DNA of 63,632 nt, counting the filler, from Octopus bimaculoides (lineage: Eukaryota): assembly GCF_001194135.2 (NCBI RefSeq). It is 4 parts of 4 records of this genome, joined end to end, with 100 filler letters (N's around TTAATTAATTAA, not from the genome) between each part and the next. Parts side by side here need not be neighbours in the genome. Positions count along the whole stretch, not along the records: positions 61,380 to 63,632 come from NC_068981.1; 3 more parts are not named here. One strand, 5' to 3'. Positions 63,415 to 63,632 of this stretch are shown one piece after another. A program made the position numbers and the translations under genes. A model generated the notes under the pieces. That model ran no database searches. It was not told the DNA's origin and worked only from the letters and a program-made list of their open reading frames with translations. Each line of letters opens with the position of its first letter. Position 1 is the first letter of the stretch.

Positions 63415-63632
63415 TCTATGCTGATGACCTTGCCCTAATTGCGGAGTCACTATCAGAACTAGAGGAGAAGTTTCAGGTGTGGAAGCAAGGTCTAGAATTG
63501 AAGGGCCTTAGAGTCAACCTAGCTAAAACCAAAATCCTAATAAGTAGGAAGGTAGATAAACCACAAACCCCTTCAGGTAGATGGCCCTGCTCAGTATGTA
63601 GAAAAGGAGTAGGTAGTAACTCTATAAGATGT
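63414..63632 (+). mobile_element. RTE-clade LINE RT fragment, open to the window end
   Basis: LYADDLALIAESLSELEEKFQVWKQGLELKGLRVNLAKTKILISRK...RWPCSVCRKGVGSNSIRC with no stops; 5'-truncated at a (GT)n tract. Confidence 0.85.

Overview
AT-rich, microsatellite-dense animal genomic DNA with many N gaps. The SINE, LINE and mariner families look like those of Octopus/cephalopod genomes; this is inference from recall, not a database search. The only supportable protein-coding genes are two tandem, minus-strand paralogues with uninterrupted ORFs, encoding highly divergent rhodopsin-like 7TM receptors (40509-41423 and 46795-47700). They are about 76% identical by hand alignment, with differences concentrated in ECL2 and TM6-ECL3-TM7. 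A third, CDS-less copy of their upstream region lies at about 50.5-51.1 kb. Everything else recognisable is transposon debris: CR1, L1/Tx1, RTE, R4/Dong-type and Penelope-like retroelements, two SINE families, mariner/maT/pogo elements and MITEs, a Chapaev3-like remnant and a solo LTR. The most notable non-coding signals are: (i) a ~325-bp repeat, present twice in inverted orientation around the receptor pair, carrying a minimal type I hammerhead ribozyme motif with a compensatory U3-A8 core at the tip of a long stem; (ii) a second hammerhead-like repeat family; (iii) a solo LTR that could supply a promoter and first exon to receptor gene 1; (iv) an L1/Tx1 fragment with twin-priming-like inversion geometry; and (v) a perfect, spacerless 310-bp palindrome. 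Boundaries of degraded elements are approximate.
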